Below, in pieces: positions 9,759 to 19,765 of a DNA stretch of 64,000 nucleotides. The number at the start of each line of letters is the position of its first letter. Position 1 is the first letter of the stretch. The notes under the pieces were generated by a model, which was not told the origin of the DNA, did not search any database, and saw only the letters and a list, made by a program, of their open reading frames with translations. The stretch comes from Candidatus Bathyarchaeia archaeon (lineage in GTDB: Archaea > Thermoproteota > Bathyarchaeia > 40CM-2-53-6), in the NCBI GenBank assembly GCA_049513715.1, contig JBEKVV010000001.1:64001-128000 (forward strand). Reading direction: 5' to 3'. A program made the position numbers and the translations under genes.

Positions 9759-10988
9759 CTATTTTGCAGGGTGATGTGTCCTCTTCACCCGCGTTTCACA
9801 GCTGACCCTACCGTTCCTGATGACGTAGAGTGGTTCGGTGTGGTATGTCAAGGCGGTCCTAAGATCCTTGGCGTCAAGAATGACTAGGTTCGCGGCGTTG
9901 CCCCTCACTAGGCCGTAGCCGTCGATACCCATGACTTTGGCTGCGTTCTTGGTGATCATGTCATAGAGTATTTCGCGGTCTTGGTTTGATGTCATCCACA
10001 GTAGGTGGGCCGCGAGGAAGGCGATTTCAAGCATGTTGCACCTACCGTACGGATAGTATGCGTCGTAAACGTCGTCTTGACTGAGCGCCACGGTCACGCC
10101 AGCGTTCAGAAGCTCCTTCACGCGCACATGCAAGGGGCCTGTGTGTGGGTCGGTAACGATTCCAACACCCGCCTTCTTCAGTAGGGCGGCGAACTTTCTG
10201 TGGTAAACATCATTGTACAGCGCCGTTGCCCTAGCATGACAGGCGGTCACTCTTCCCACCCAACCATTCTTAATCGCGGAGGTGGCCAGGTACTCTGTTG
10301 TCCTGAGCTCGGGGTCGCCGGCATCGTCAGTTAGCATCGCTACGTCGGCATCATACTTTTTCGCAATCTCGAATGCAATGTCGATGTGCCTCTTCGAATC
10401 TTCCTCGGTCAATTCTATCCAAGGGATTCCTCCTACCAAATCTGCACCTAGGGCCATTGATTTGTAGAGCAGTTCTTCTGCGCCGGGTTCTCTGATGATT
10501 CCGTCTTGCGGAAAAGCAACTATCTGAATGTCAATCCGGTTCTTGAATTCGTCTTTAGCTTTCAGAAGTGCCTTGACACCGGTTAGTTTTGCTTTGGTGT
10601 CGACGTCGGCGAAGGCTCTGAGGTGGCTTACTCCGTAGTATTCAGCGTCAGTTAGCACGGTCCGAACGCGTTCTAGGATTTCGGATTCTACATAGTGTTC
10701 CTTCACTTTGGATGCGAGTTCAATAGCGGTCATCGCACCGCCCATAGACGACCCTTCGTACTCAGCCAGTACGGCTTCTTCCGCAAACGCGCCAGTCATG
10801 ACCTTATCAAGGTGTAAGTGGGCAACTGCAAAGGATTCAGTTGCTAAGCTACCGTTAGCGTCTATCACCTCCCCTGCTGAGGCGGCGAGATGTTCGCCTA
10901 TAGCGTCGAATCGTCCATCACTGATCGAAATGTCGCATACTTTTCCTGAACGCAATCTCGCGTTTCGGATTAATAGGTCGGGGCTCAT
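9759..10988 (-). CDS. Amidohydrolase, cytosine/creatinine deaminase (CodA-like) family
   Basis: HLHLDK, VAFPQDG, ACHA, SQDD...YYPYG motifs; start taken at MSPDLLIRNA. Confidence 0.85.
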   Translation of the reverse strand: MSPDLLIRNARLRSGKVCDISISDGRFDAIGEHLAASAGEVIDANGSLATESFAVAHLHLDKVMTGAFAEEAVLAEYEGSSMGGAMTAIELASKVKEHYVESEILERVRTVLTDAEYYGVSHLRAFADVDTKAKLTGVKALLKAKDEFKNRIDIQIVAFPQDGIIREPGAEELLYKSMALGADLVGGIPWIELTEEDSKRHIDIAFEIAKKYDADVAMLTDDAGDPELRTTEYLATSAIKNGWVGRVTACHARATALYNDVYHRKFAALLKKAGVGIVTDPHTGPLHVRVKELLNAGVTVALSQDDVYDAYYPYGRCNMLEIAFLAAHLLWMTSNQDREILYDMITKNAAKVMGIDGYGLVRGNAANLVILDAKDLRTALTYHTEPLYVIRNGRVSCETRVKRTHHPAK

Positions 10989-11055
10989 ATGCGTCGCACT
11001 CAGCATTGTGCACTTTAGTGTGATGGCCGCATACCGCGTGAAGTAACGAGAAGCC

Positions 11056-11994
11056 TCAATCTTCCCTCTTATATGAGAGCAACAGCGCGGCCGGAGCTCT
11101 CGCCCGTCGGGAGACCGCAACCAAAGCCACTATCGTCAACACGTAAGGAAGCATGAGGAACAATTGGTAAGGTATGTTCCAACCAATTCCTTGCAGTGAC
11201 AGTTGCAACGCGTCTATTCCACCGAACAGTATGGCCCCGGCTAGGACTCTGTATGGCATCCAATTTGCGAAAACAACCAACGCTATACACACCCATCCCC
11301 GCCCTTGGGTAAGCCCTGGGAGGAACATGCCTGACTCACCTAACGAGAGCCAAGCGCCACCGACGGAGCTAAGAACGCCGGCTATGATGAGGCTGATGTA
11401 CCTCATCCTGAACACGTCGATGCCTGCGGACGCGGCAGCACTTGGGTTCTCACCGACAGCTCGCAAAGAAAGACCAAACCTAGTCCTGAAGAGTACGAAA
11501 GCCGAGATGGGGACGAGAATCAACCCCAGGTACGCCAACGCATGCTGGTCGAACAACACCTCGCCTAAGATAGGTATCTGACTCAGGTAAGGAATAGGAA
11601 TCGTGGAGAACGGTTCGACGTGTGGTGGAACACCTCCAACGTTGCCGATGGTTACTCGGTAGATGTAGAAGCTGAAACCTGAGCAGGCAATCGTGAGTCC
11701 GAGACCCGCAACATGTTGTTGGGCACCTATAGTCACTGTGAGGAAGGCCATTATCAGACCCAGCAGGACTCCTGTAACTGCCGCCGCGGCGACGCCCAGC
11801 CAGAGGTTTCCCGTGCTGAATCCAAAGAGAAAGCCTATGCTCGCGCCCATCAGCATCATTCCCTCTATTCCAAGGTTGAGGGTCCCTGCCCGCTCGGAGA
11901 ACGTTTCTCCTATCGTCCCGTAAATCAGGGGCGTAGCCATCCTCAGCGTCATCGCAAGGACGCCGGTGATTAGGGTAGCGTCGAGTAGTGACAA
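11056..11994 (-). CDS. Nucleoside ABC transporter permease
   Basis: SERAGTLNLGIEGMM, LRAVGENP, GRGW motifs. Confidence 0.92.
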   Translation of the reverse strand: MSLLDATLITGVLAMTLRMATPLIYGTIGETFSERAGTLNLGIEGMMLMGASIGFLFGFSTGNLWLGVAAAAVTGVLLGLIMAFLTVTIGAQQHVAGLGLTIACSGFSFYIYRVTIGNVGGVPPHVEPFSTIPIPYLSQIPILGEVLFDQHALAYLGLILVPISAFVLFRTRFGLSLRAVGENPSAAASAGIDVFRMRYISLIIAGVLSSVGGAWLSLGESGMFLPGLTQGRGWVCIALVVFANWMPYRVLAGAILFGGIDALQLSLQGIGWNIPYQLFLMLPYVLTIVALVAVSRRARAPAALLLSYKRED

Positions 11995-11997
11995 TTA

Positions 11998-13056
11998 TCA
12001 GCGCCTCTTGCCTCTCTTTAGGCTATATTTCGTGAAGAAGATGCCCATCAATAGGCAGAGGAGTATGATTCCTTGTATGCCCTCCGCCAGCGCCCATGGG
12101 ACGCCTGTCGTGCGGTTCATTGCTTGTGTGCCCTGAGTTACGACGGCCATGAGCAAGGATGCTAGCACTACACCAATTGGCGCAAGGCCACCCACCATTG
12201 CAATTACCACACCCGTGTAGCCATATCCGGGTGAGAGGTCAGTTTTCATGTGAAATTCGATCCCTGCCACCTGCCCCACCCCCGCTAGGCCCGCTATCCC
12301 GCCGCTGACAATTGCAGCGAGAATAATTTGTCTCGGGACGTTGATGCCGGCTGCATACGAAGCAGTTTGGTTGCCGCCGATTCCGAGGAGTTCGAATCCC
12401 CATTTTGTTTTCTTGATTATGACATAGAACGCGACTGCAACGAGCAACGCGAGGATTATGCCGAAATGGAATCTGGAGCCCGCAATAAGGATTGGAAATC
12501 TAGTTGTGTCGGAAATTACTGGCGATTCATGCCATCCGGTAACTGGATTCTTCCAAGGGCCGAAGAGAATTGCCTCCACCGCGTAGGTCATGACCCAGTT
12601 ACCAAGCAGGGTCGTCACAACCTCATCCACTTTCAATTTCACCTTGAGAATTGCGGGAATCGCGGCCCAACCTGCTCCTCCCAGAAAACCTACCAGCAAC
12701 ATCACTGGAATCGCTAAGATGGAAGGAATTGATGTTGCGTAGACCGCGAATAGTGATGCGAATAATCCACCTGAGTAGAGTTGTCCTTCTGCTCCGATGT
12801 TCCAAAACTTGCATGTGAACGCAAGTGCGACCGCTAAGCCGCAGAGCAGCAGTGGTGCGAACAACACGAAGGTTTCTGTTATTGCGAGTTTGTTGCCTAG
12901 GGCGCCATACAAGAGCTCGCTGTAGCCGTATAGCGGATTGACTCCACCCACGTATATTGGGACCGCTGAAATGAGCAAAGCAACTAACGTTGATACTACC
13001 GGTGCAGCGATGTTAAGACGCCGTGACGGAAGTAAGCGCTTCTCAACTGTAAACAG
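11998..13056 (-). CDS. Nucleoside ABC transporter permease (probable CTG start)
   Basis: WNIGAEGQ, GIAGLAG, GYGYTG; frame extends upstream of 12978 through FTVEKR and a first TM helix. Confidence 0.9.
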   Translation of the reverse strand: MFTVEKRLLPSRRLNIAAPVVSTLVALLISAVPIYVGGVNPLYGYSELLYGALGNKLAITETFVLFAPLLLCGLAVALAFTCKFWNIGAEGQLYSGGLFASLFAVYATSIPSILAIPVMLLVGFLGGAGWAAIPAILKVKLKVDEVVTTLLGNWVMTYAVEAILFGPWKNPVTGWHESPVISDTTRFPILIAGSRFHFGIILALLVAVAFYVIIKKTKWGFELLGIGGNQTASYAAGINVPRQIILAAIVSGGIAGLAGVGQVAGIEFHMKTDLSPGYGYTGVVIAMVGGLAPIGVVLASLLMAVVTQGTQAMNRTTGVPWALAEGIQGIILLCLLMGIFFTKYSLKRGKRR

Positions 13057-13065
13057 AGGGAACTA

Positions 13066-14595
13066 TTACACCTCCATTCTCTTGGAACCCGCCATCATCA
13101 TTCCAATATCCTCCAATCTTGCATTTTCGGCTCGAACGATCCCCATGATTTCTCCCTCAAAGATCACGGCGATCCTATCGCTTAGCGAAAAGATCTCGTC
13201 AAGGTCTTCTGAGATGAGCAGGACGCCGCGGCCTTGTGATTGTTCTTCAAGCAATTTGGAGCGTATCTCTTCCGTGGCGCCAACGTCTAATCCTCGCGTG
13301 GGTTGGCAGGCAATTAGTAGCCGCGGGTTCCTTGCAAGTTCGCGTGCCAATATGAGCTTCTGAAGATTACCGCCCGAGAGTGTCTTTGTCGGGTAGTGCA
13401 TGTTGGGGGTTTTAACGCTGAACTCTTTGATTATTCGTGCCGTGTACTCGGAAGCGGTGGCATAATCCAATAAAGGTCCTTTTGAGAAATCTCGATATTC
13501 CTTTAGAACTGCGTTGTTGAGAATGGGGAGATTCATCACCAAGCCAACTCCCACTCGGTCCTCGGGAATGAACCCAACCTTCATGTCGGCCATCTCTCTG
13601 GGGTTCGTGTTCGTTACATCTACGCCACCAACTTTGACGCATCCACCCGTGACTTTTCTGAGGCCGATGAGGACGTCAGCAAGTTCTCTCTGCCCGTTTC
13701 CTGAGACCCCCGCGAGGCCCAGAATTTCACCTTCCCGAACCGTAAATGAGACTTTCTTGAGCGCAGCCAATTTCCTATCATTCAGGGCGGAGACGTCTTG
13801 CACCTCAAGAATCGGCTTCCCGATCTTGGCTGGTGTCTTCGAGAGCCTAAAGATCACTTCCCTGCCCACCATCAAACGGGCGAGCTCTACTTTGCTCGTC
13901 TCTTTCGTCGACACCTCAGCAACTACTTTGCCGAGCCGCAGAACCGAAATCCTATCACTGACGTCCATTACCTCATCGAGTTTGTGACTAATGTAGACGA
14001 TTGATTTTCCTTCATCCTTCATTTTGCGTAGGATTCGAAACAGGTCTTTGATCTCTGGGGGCGTCAACACTGCGGTAGGCTCGTCGAGAATCAGAATGCT
14101 GGCTTCCCTGTAGATTGCTTTCAGGATCTCGACTCGTTGCTGTTCGCCAACGCTCAGTTGCCAAATGTAACTATGCGGGGCAACTTTCAGGCTGTACGCG
14201 TCAGCGAGCTCTTGGATTCGCTCTTGTGCTGAGACCTCGTCTAACACGACCCTGTTAGACTTCAACCCCAAGATTACGTTGTCGACAACATTCATCGCTT
14301 GGACAAGCATGAAGTGTTGATGTATCATCCCAATTCTCATGGCAATGGCGTCTTGGGGAGAGTTAAAGGCAACATGTTTGCCGTCGACTAGGATTTCGCC
14401 TTCGTCGGGCCTGTACATGCCGTAGAGCACGTTCATCAAGGTAGTCTTGCCTGCTCCATTCTCCCCGAGCAGGGCGTGTATCTCGCCACGTCGCAACTGC
14501 AGGTTGACATTGTCGTTGGCTACTACGCCGGGGAACGTCTTTACGATGCCCTTCATCTCTACTACGCATTCTTGAGTGCCCATTCCGCACATCAT
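13066..14595 (-). CDS. Nucleoside/sugar ABC transporter ATP-binding protein (two NBDs)
   Basis: GENGAGKTT, LSVGEQQR, LDEPT, LSGGNLQK. Confidence 0.95.
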   Translation of the reverse strand: MMCGMGTQECVVEMKGIVKTFPGVVANDNVNLQLRRGEIHALLGENGAGKTTLMNVLYGMYRPDEGEILVDGKHVAFNSPQDAIAMRIGMIHQHFMLVQAMNVVDNVILGLKSNRVVLDEVSAQERIQELADAYSLKVAPHSYIWQLSVGEQQRVEILKAIYREASILILDEPTAVLTPPEIKDLFRILRKMKDEGKSIVYISHKLDEVMDVSDRISVLRLGKVVAEVSTKETSKVELARLMVGREVIFRLSKTPAKIGKPILEVQDVSALNDRKLAALKKVSFTVREGEILGLAGVSGNGQRELADVLIGLRKVTGGCVKVGGVDVTNTNPREMADMKVGFIPEDRVGVGLVMNLPILNNAVLKEYRDFSKGPLLDYATASEYTARIIKEFSVKTPNMHYPTKTLSGGNLQKLILARELARNPRLLIACQPTRGLDVGATEEIRSKLLEEQSQGRGVLLISEDLDEIFSLSDRIAVIFEGEIMGIVRAENARLEDIGMMMAGSKRMEV

Positions 14596-14663
14596 CCTAC
14601 GCTAAAGCAAGAAGAAAAGAAAAATGAAAAAAAGGTGGAGATTCGCGTTTCTTTACTGCCCCT

Positions 14664-15779
14664 CTAGCCCGATACTGGTTCCGACTCGTCCATTGGGACA
14701 GTAAGGGCTCCAGACATTATCTGGGCCGTGACTGTGTCCACCATCTGTGTGACTCCAGCCTTCTTCATCATCGCAACGATGTCCGGATTTAGTCTTGTTT
14801 CCCAGTCATGCCACGGCGCTAGCATTGCACCGCTCTTCCCCATCATTGAGTAGAATCTGAGATCCTCGGCCACCCATTTCTGTTGCATTACTAGGTCGAT
14901 TTCGTGTTTGACTGTGGGCCACATGTCCCACACGGGGCCTGTTATGACTACGTTGGGTGCTAGTTGCCATTGGTCTTGTAGGCTGCCGAATACAGGAATG
15001 TTTTTCTCCTGTGCTGCCTCGATTCCTCCCTGCCTTTCACTGTATAGAACGTCCGCGCCAGCGTTGATTTCTGCTAGTGCAGCTTCCTTTGCTTTGGGCG
15101 GGTTGAACCATTCACCCATGAATGTGATGAGGACTTTGACATTGGGGTTCACTGACTTTGCTCCATCTTTGAACGCGTTGATGAGTCTGTTGACCTCGGG
15201 GTCGGCTACGCCTCCAACGACTCCGATTATGTTGCTCTTCGTTATGTTGCCTGCAATCATTCCGCACATGTACGCTGGTTCATGAATCCAGTCGTCGAAC
15301 ACGGCCACATTGTCCCCGAAGACGTGGTTGTCTGTTCCGAGAACGAAGTATGTGTTCGGAAAGTCCTTTGCAGCGGCCCGTGCGGTGTCATCTGCTCCGA
15401 ACGCATCAACGAAAATAAGGTTGAAGCCATTCGTAGCAAATTCGCGCATAACTCTTGGTGTGTCGGAGTACAGCACGTTTTCACTCCACTTGTAGGTGAT
15501 TTTGTCTGCGCCGTAGTATTGGATCGAGTAGTTGATGGCTTTGTTTATGACGGAGGTCCAAGGTTCCTCCATGGGAGCATTGCTGATGAAAGCAATTTTG
15601 AGTGCCCCCGCTTGAGTGGACATCATCGTCTCTGATGATGACTCAGTCACAGATGTCATCGGCGTTTGTTTCGGTGTGTATAAGTAAACGCCCGCTCCAA
15701 TTGCAATGACGAGAATAACGATTATTCCTATTCCGATGTACATGTTGTTGCGAGACTTTGGTTTTTGTGTAGAACTCAA
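14664..15779 (-). CDS. BMP-family substrate-binding protein
   Basis: N-terminal TM anchor; AYMCGMIAG, IGVVGG, WFNPPKAKEAA. Confidence 0.9.
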   Translation of the reverse strand: MSSTQKPKSRNNMYIGIGIIVILVIAIGAGVYLYTPKQTPMTSVTESSSETMMSTQAGALKIAFISNAPMEEPWTSVINKAINYSIQYYGADKITYKWSENVLYSDTPRVMREFATNGFNLIFVDAFGADDTARAAAKDFPNTYFVLGTDNHVFGDNVAVFDDWIHEPAYMCGMIAGNITKSNIIGVVGGVADPEVNRLINAFKDGAKSVNPNVKVLITFMGEWFNPPKAKEAALAEINAGADVLYSERQGGIEAAQEKNIPVFGSLQDQWQLAPNVVITGPVWDMWPTVKHEIDLVMQQKWVAEDLRFYSMMGKSGAMLAPWHDWETRLNPDIVAMMKKAGVTQMVDTVTAQIMSGALTVPMDESEPVSG

Positions 15780-15933
15780 GGTATTTTCCCAGACAGGGAG
15801 CTATTCGCAGCACTAATAACAATATGGCCGTGTTTTCTCCTGAGACAGTTACGACTGGAACCTTAAATCGTCTGGAAGTTCGGACACGGTTGCACTGCGG
15901 CTGCTCCGCAGGAAAATCTGGAAGTGATAACGG

Positions 15934-17859
15934 GTGGCAACTATCCCAGGCTATGCGGGCAAAATTCTGCGAGTCAATCTTTCAACGGGAAAAGCTGTTG
16001 TGCGAGAACTGCAAAGAGATTTGGCGTACGATTTCTTGGGCGGGAGCGGTTTCGGAACCAAGATCCTTTGGGACGAAGTGGGGCCGAACGTGGAACCATT
16101 TTCAGGCGATAACCGGCTTGTCTTCGCCGTCGGACCACTGACAGGCACCATCTACCCAACTGCGGGCAGATTTGAGGTTGTAGGCAAGTCGCCTCTCACG
16201 GGCATTTACGGAGACGCCAACTCGGGCGGTCACTTTGCTCCAAAGCTGAAACAGGCAGGCTTCGACGCGGTCGTTTTCCAGGGAAGATCACCCAAACCTG
16301 TCTACTTATTCTTGAACGATGGTAAAGCGGAACTCCGAGACGCCGAGTCCCTGTGGAATCATGGAACAGAGGAAACAGAAAGGATTCTGCGAGAGGAAAT
16401 CGGAGATCCAAGGATAGAAACCGCGTGCATTGGGCAGGCAGGTGAAAACCTTGTCAGGTACGCGGCGGTAATGACACATGGTTGCGCCGCCGCCAGGTCA
16501 GGCCTGGGCGCGTTAATGGGTTTCATGAGACTGAAAGCTATAGCCGCGCAGGGAGACAAGCGCACAGATCCGGCTAAACCACAAGATTTCATCAAAGACA
16601 GCTTGACGGCCCAGAAACAGGTTCTCGGTAACCCCTTCACCCCCGGCCTTTCAAAGTATGGCACCGCTCAACTGGTTGCACCGATGAGCACAGTTGGAAG
16701 ATTCCCAACAAAGAACTTCCAGCAAGGCCACTTCGAGTTCGTAGATGAGATAAGCGCCGAAGAGATCATCGACAAACATTTCATTCGAAGGATCGCCTGC
16801 GCTTCATGCCCTATCGGTTGCCACCACATAGTCCAAGTGAAAGAGGGCAAGTACGCGGGAAGCCCCAACATGGTTATAGAATATGAGTCAATCAACGCCC
16901 TCGGCTCCAGAGTCTGGAACAGAAACCTCCCCTCAATTCTTGAGGCGGATCGACTCTGCGACGACTACGGACTGGACACTATCTCCACAGGGGCATGCAT
17001 AGCCTTCGCCATGGAGCTGCACGAGAAGAACATTCTGACCGGTAATGATACGGACGTAGATCTCACCTGGGGAAACAGTGACTCGGTACTGGAATTAGTT
17101 ACAAGGATTGCCTACCGAAAGGAACTTGGCAACCTACTGGCCGAAGGTGTAAGGCGAGCAGCTGAGAGAATTGGAAAGGGCTCAGAGTATTACGCTATGC
17201 ACATCAAAGGTCAGGAGATTCCTTCACAGGACGGAAGGTCGCAACAGTCGATGGGGCTTGCGCAGGCAACCTCGAGCCGAGGCGCCGACCATCTCAAAGG
17301 ATTTCCAACCATTGATGAGATGGGCTACCCCACTGAGGCCGTCCAACGCTACGGCGACAAATACCTCCCGGAGATAGTTGACGGCATACAAACAAAATAC
17401 AAGGCAATGGTCGTAAAGGACGGCGAAGAGTTCGGGACAGTGATTGATTCAATAGGGATATGCAAGTTTGGAACGTTTTTCCCACCAGCGCTTTACTGGG
17501 ACCGAATAGCCACAGCGCTCACACTGGTCACCGGGTTCGATATCGATGTTCTTAGACTGAAAATGATTGGTGAGCGCATCGTAAACCTTCAGCGAATGTT
17601 CAACGTGCGAGAAGGAATCACACGAAAAGATGATACTCAACCCCGGAGACTCCTCGAAGAAAAGTCGCCCTCTCCAGGACGAGCAAACGGACATGTCGTC
17701 TACCTCAAGCCTATGTTAGACGAATACTACCAGCTGAGGAACTGGGACGTGGAAACGGGCGTCCCCACACACCAGAAACTCCAACAACTTGGCCTAGAGT
17801 ACACCGTACCCGTAGCAGAAAAAATGCGGAAAAGGGAAATCGAAAAGCTACGCGGGTGA
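15934..17859 (+). CDS. Tungsten aldehyde:ferredoxin oxidoreductase family protein
   Basis: GYAGKILRVNLS, KSPLTG, CASCPIGC, EYES, DDYGLDTIS, RGADH. Confidence 0.95.
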   Translation: MATIPGYAGKILRVNLSTGKAVVRELQRDLAYDFLGGSGFGTKILWDEVGPNVEPFSGDNRLVFAVGPLTGTIYPTAGRFEVVGKSPLTGIYGDANSGGHFAPKLKQAGFDAVVFQGRSPKPVYLFLNDGKAELRDAESLWNHGTEETERILREEIGDPRIETACIGQAGENLVRYAAVMTHGCAAARSGLGALMGFMRLKAIAAQGDKRTDPAKPQDFIKDSLTAQKQVLGNPFTPGLSKYGTAQLVAPMSTVGRFPTKNFQQGHFEFVDEISAEEIIDKHFIRRIACASCPIGCHHIVQVKEGKYAGSPNMVIEYESINALGSRVWNRNLPSILEADRLCDDYGLDTISTGACIAFAMELHEKNILTGNDTDVDLTWGNSDSVLELVTRIAYRKELGNLLAEGVRRAAERIGKGSEYYAMHIKGQEIPSQDGRSQQSMGLAQATSSRGADHLKGFPTIDEMGYPTEAVQRYGDKYLPEIVDGIQTKYKAMVVKDGEEFGTVIDSIGICKFGTFFPPALYWDRIATALTLVTGFDIDVLRLKMIGERIVNLQRMFNVREGITRKDDTQPRRLLEEKSPSPGRANGHVVYLKPMLDEYYQLRNWDVETGVPTHQKLQQLGLEYTVPVAEKMRKREIEKLRG

Positions 17860-17991
17860 GCCGTTCACCCCTGCAATTCGCGGCCTGTGATTATTGCCTG
17901 AAAGCCACTTAGGGTGTCTCTACCCACCCTGCCTCTGTTGGGTTAGCTATTTCTATGAGTTCCCGTCTACGGTAGGCTCCTGTTTTCCGAG

Positions 17992-19062
17992 ATGGCTATA
18001 GTGGAACAGGCAGCAGCAACCGTAGCGGACTCTCTGATTCAAGAATACGGCGTCAACATCAACGCCACAAAACCCGCGAAACTCAAGAGAACCAAGCTCG
18101 CTGAAAACGTACGAGTCTACGAAGTTGAACACTCGTCTCTCAACGCGTACGTCATTGATACTCCTATGACTCGAACCATAGCGTGCCACCCTCATGTAGT
18201 TGGAGACGAAATCCGGAATCTTACATTGAAAGCTGCTGACCTCAGTCTACCTGCAATGCTCGAACTCGCCGAAATTAAGGGCATTAAGAAGAATGGCGAG
18301 ATTGTGTTCGAGCAAATACTTCGGGCAGCACCCGGGTACCAGCTTCACGAAGCAGCGGCCAAACTGATTCCTGACTCTTTCAAAACAGTATACATCCGGC
18401 CAAGGTACACCCACACATCCTACCGCGACCACGATGGAATGATTCACCGGCAACTAGACGTAGTCTACGAGGACTTTTCGCAACTACCCTCAAACAAGAA
18501 CCTCTTCCTAATAATGCAAGACACAGTAGCGAGCAGCCGCTCTGCAGAAATCAGCATAGAAGCCATGATCGACCGCTGCGAAAAAGTAGGCTCGCGGATT
18601 AGCCTCTGGGTTCTTTATGGGTTCATTTCATTGGAAGGGCTCAAGCTGCTCGAAAAAGTTGCTCAAAAGCATGGGATTCCGTTGGTTGCTTTCGCGATGG
18701 GTAACCTAACTGCCCTGTGCGCAAACAACTACGACATGCCCCTATACGGCGTGGACGAATGGTTGTGGCGTCGGGACCATAGGATCAGCAAGCTCGGCGC
18801 TTTAGTCGATCGAACAACCTTCTCCGAGTACATTCAAGAATTCGTTCCCGGGTCGGATCAACCTGGCGATTGGTCAGCTCGACAAGACCGGCTCTTCACA
18901 GGAACGGGCTACGAAGGCGGCAACATTCAGGGGCACTTGGAGAACAGCATTAGGCTCCTCAATGGTCTACTCGAAATAGGCGGCTTTAATGAGTGGCAGA
19001 AGCTACTCGCACTCAACGAACTCAAATTACTTGAGCAAGAGCTGGCGAAAACCAAACCTTAG
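17992..19062 (+). CDS. Divergent type I phosphoribosyltransferase (UPRT-like)
   Basis: ILRAAPG, PRPP-loop-like IMQDTVASSRS, PGDW near C-terminus; pyrimidine salvage context. Confidence 0.55.
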   Translation: MAIVEQAAATVADSLIQEYGVNINATKPAKLKRTKLAENVRVYEVEHSSLNAYVIDTPMTRTIACHPHVVGDEIRNLTLKAADLSLPAMLELAEIKGIKKNGEIVFEQILRAAPGYQLHEAAAKLIPDSFKTVYIRPRYTHTSYRDHDGMIHRQLDVVYEDFSQLPSNKNLFLIMQDTVASSRSAEISIEAMIDRCEKVGSRISLWVLYGFISLEGLKLLEKVAQKHGIPLVAFAMGNLTALCANNYDMPLYGVDEWLWRRDHRISKLGALVDRTTFSEYIQEFVPGSDQPGDWSARQDRLFTGTGYEGGNIQGHLENSIRLLNGLLEIGGFNEWQKLLALNELKLLEQELAKTKP

Positions 19063-19087
19063 CTTCGAAACCCGTTTAACCTGTCGC

Positions 19088-19540
19088 TCACAGTTTTCCT
19101 ATGTCCTCTTTCCAGATCTCAGGTTTTGTGAGGATGAATTCCTTCATTATCTTCTTGCATTCCTCAATGTTGAGGTCGATTACCTCAACGCCATTTGCCT
19201 CTAAGAACTTCCTTGAGCCAGAGAGATTCTCAGACTCGCCCGCCACCACTCTCTTGATTCCAAATTGCACGACGGCGCCTCCGCACAAGTAGCACGGCAT
19301 GAGCGTCGAGAAGACTGTAGTCCCCTTGTAGCTGCCTACCCTGCCCGCGTTTCGGAGGCACTCAATTTCAGCATGCGCCAGTGGATCGTTCTTTTGCGCC
19401 CGCATATTATGGCCTCTACCGATGATCCTTTCCTCCTTCACCAAGACAGAACCTATAGGAATCCCGCCCTCACGAAGGCCTAGTTTTGCTTCTTCAATCG
19501 CTTCGGCCATGAATCTGCGAAGAGCTCTCTCATCTTCCAT
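19088..19540 (-). CDS. Zinc-dependent nucleoside/cytosine deaminase
   Basis: GGIPIG, HAE, PCYLC. Confidence 0.9.
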   Translation of the reverse strand: MEDERALRRFMAEAIEEAKLGLREGGIPIGSVLVKEERIIGRGHNMRAQKNDPLAHAEIECLRNAGRVGSYKGTTVFSTLMPCYLCGGAVVQFGIKRVVAGESENLSGSRKFLEANGVEVIDLNIEECKKIMKEFILTKPEIWKEDIGKL

Positions 19541-19765
19541 GCTGCGCCTATTACCCCTTAGGGAGTTCCGAGAGTTCGACGGAAGGGAATTTCTGCTTTG
19601 GGGTGGACGTGGAGTGCCGCGCAAGGGCGCACTCAACTTGTTGTGAGATCTAATGCCGAGGGGAACGATGCGGGATACTTACCTTACATACTACTTTCTA
19701 AAATAGCAAACCCGCTGAACTGCCCGCGTCTTCTATTACGGATCGCCATCTTTGAGGTGTTCGAT

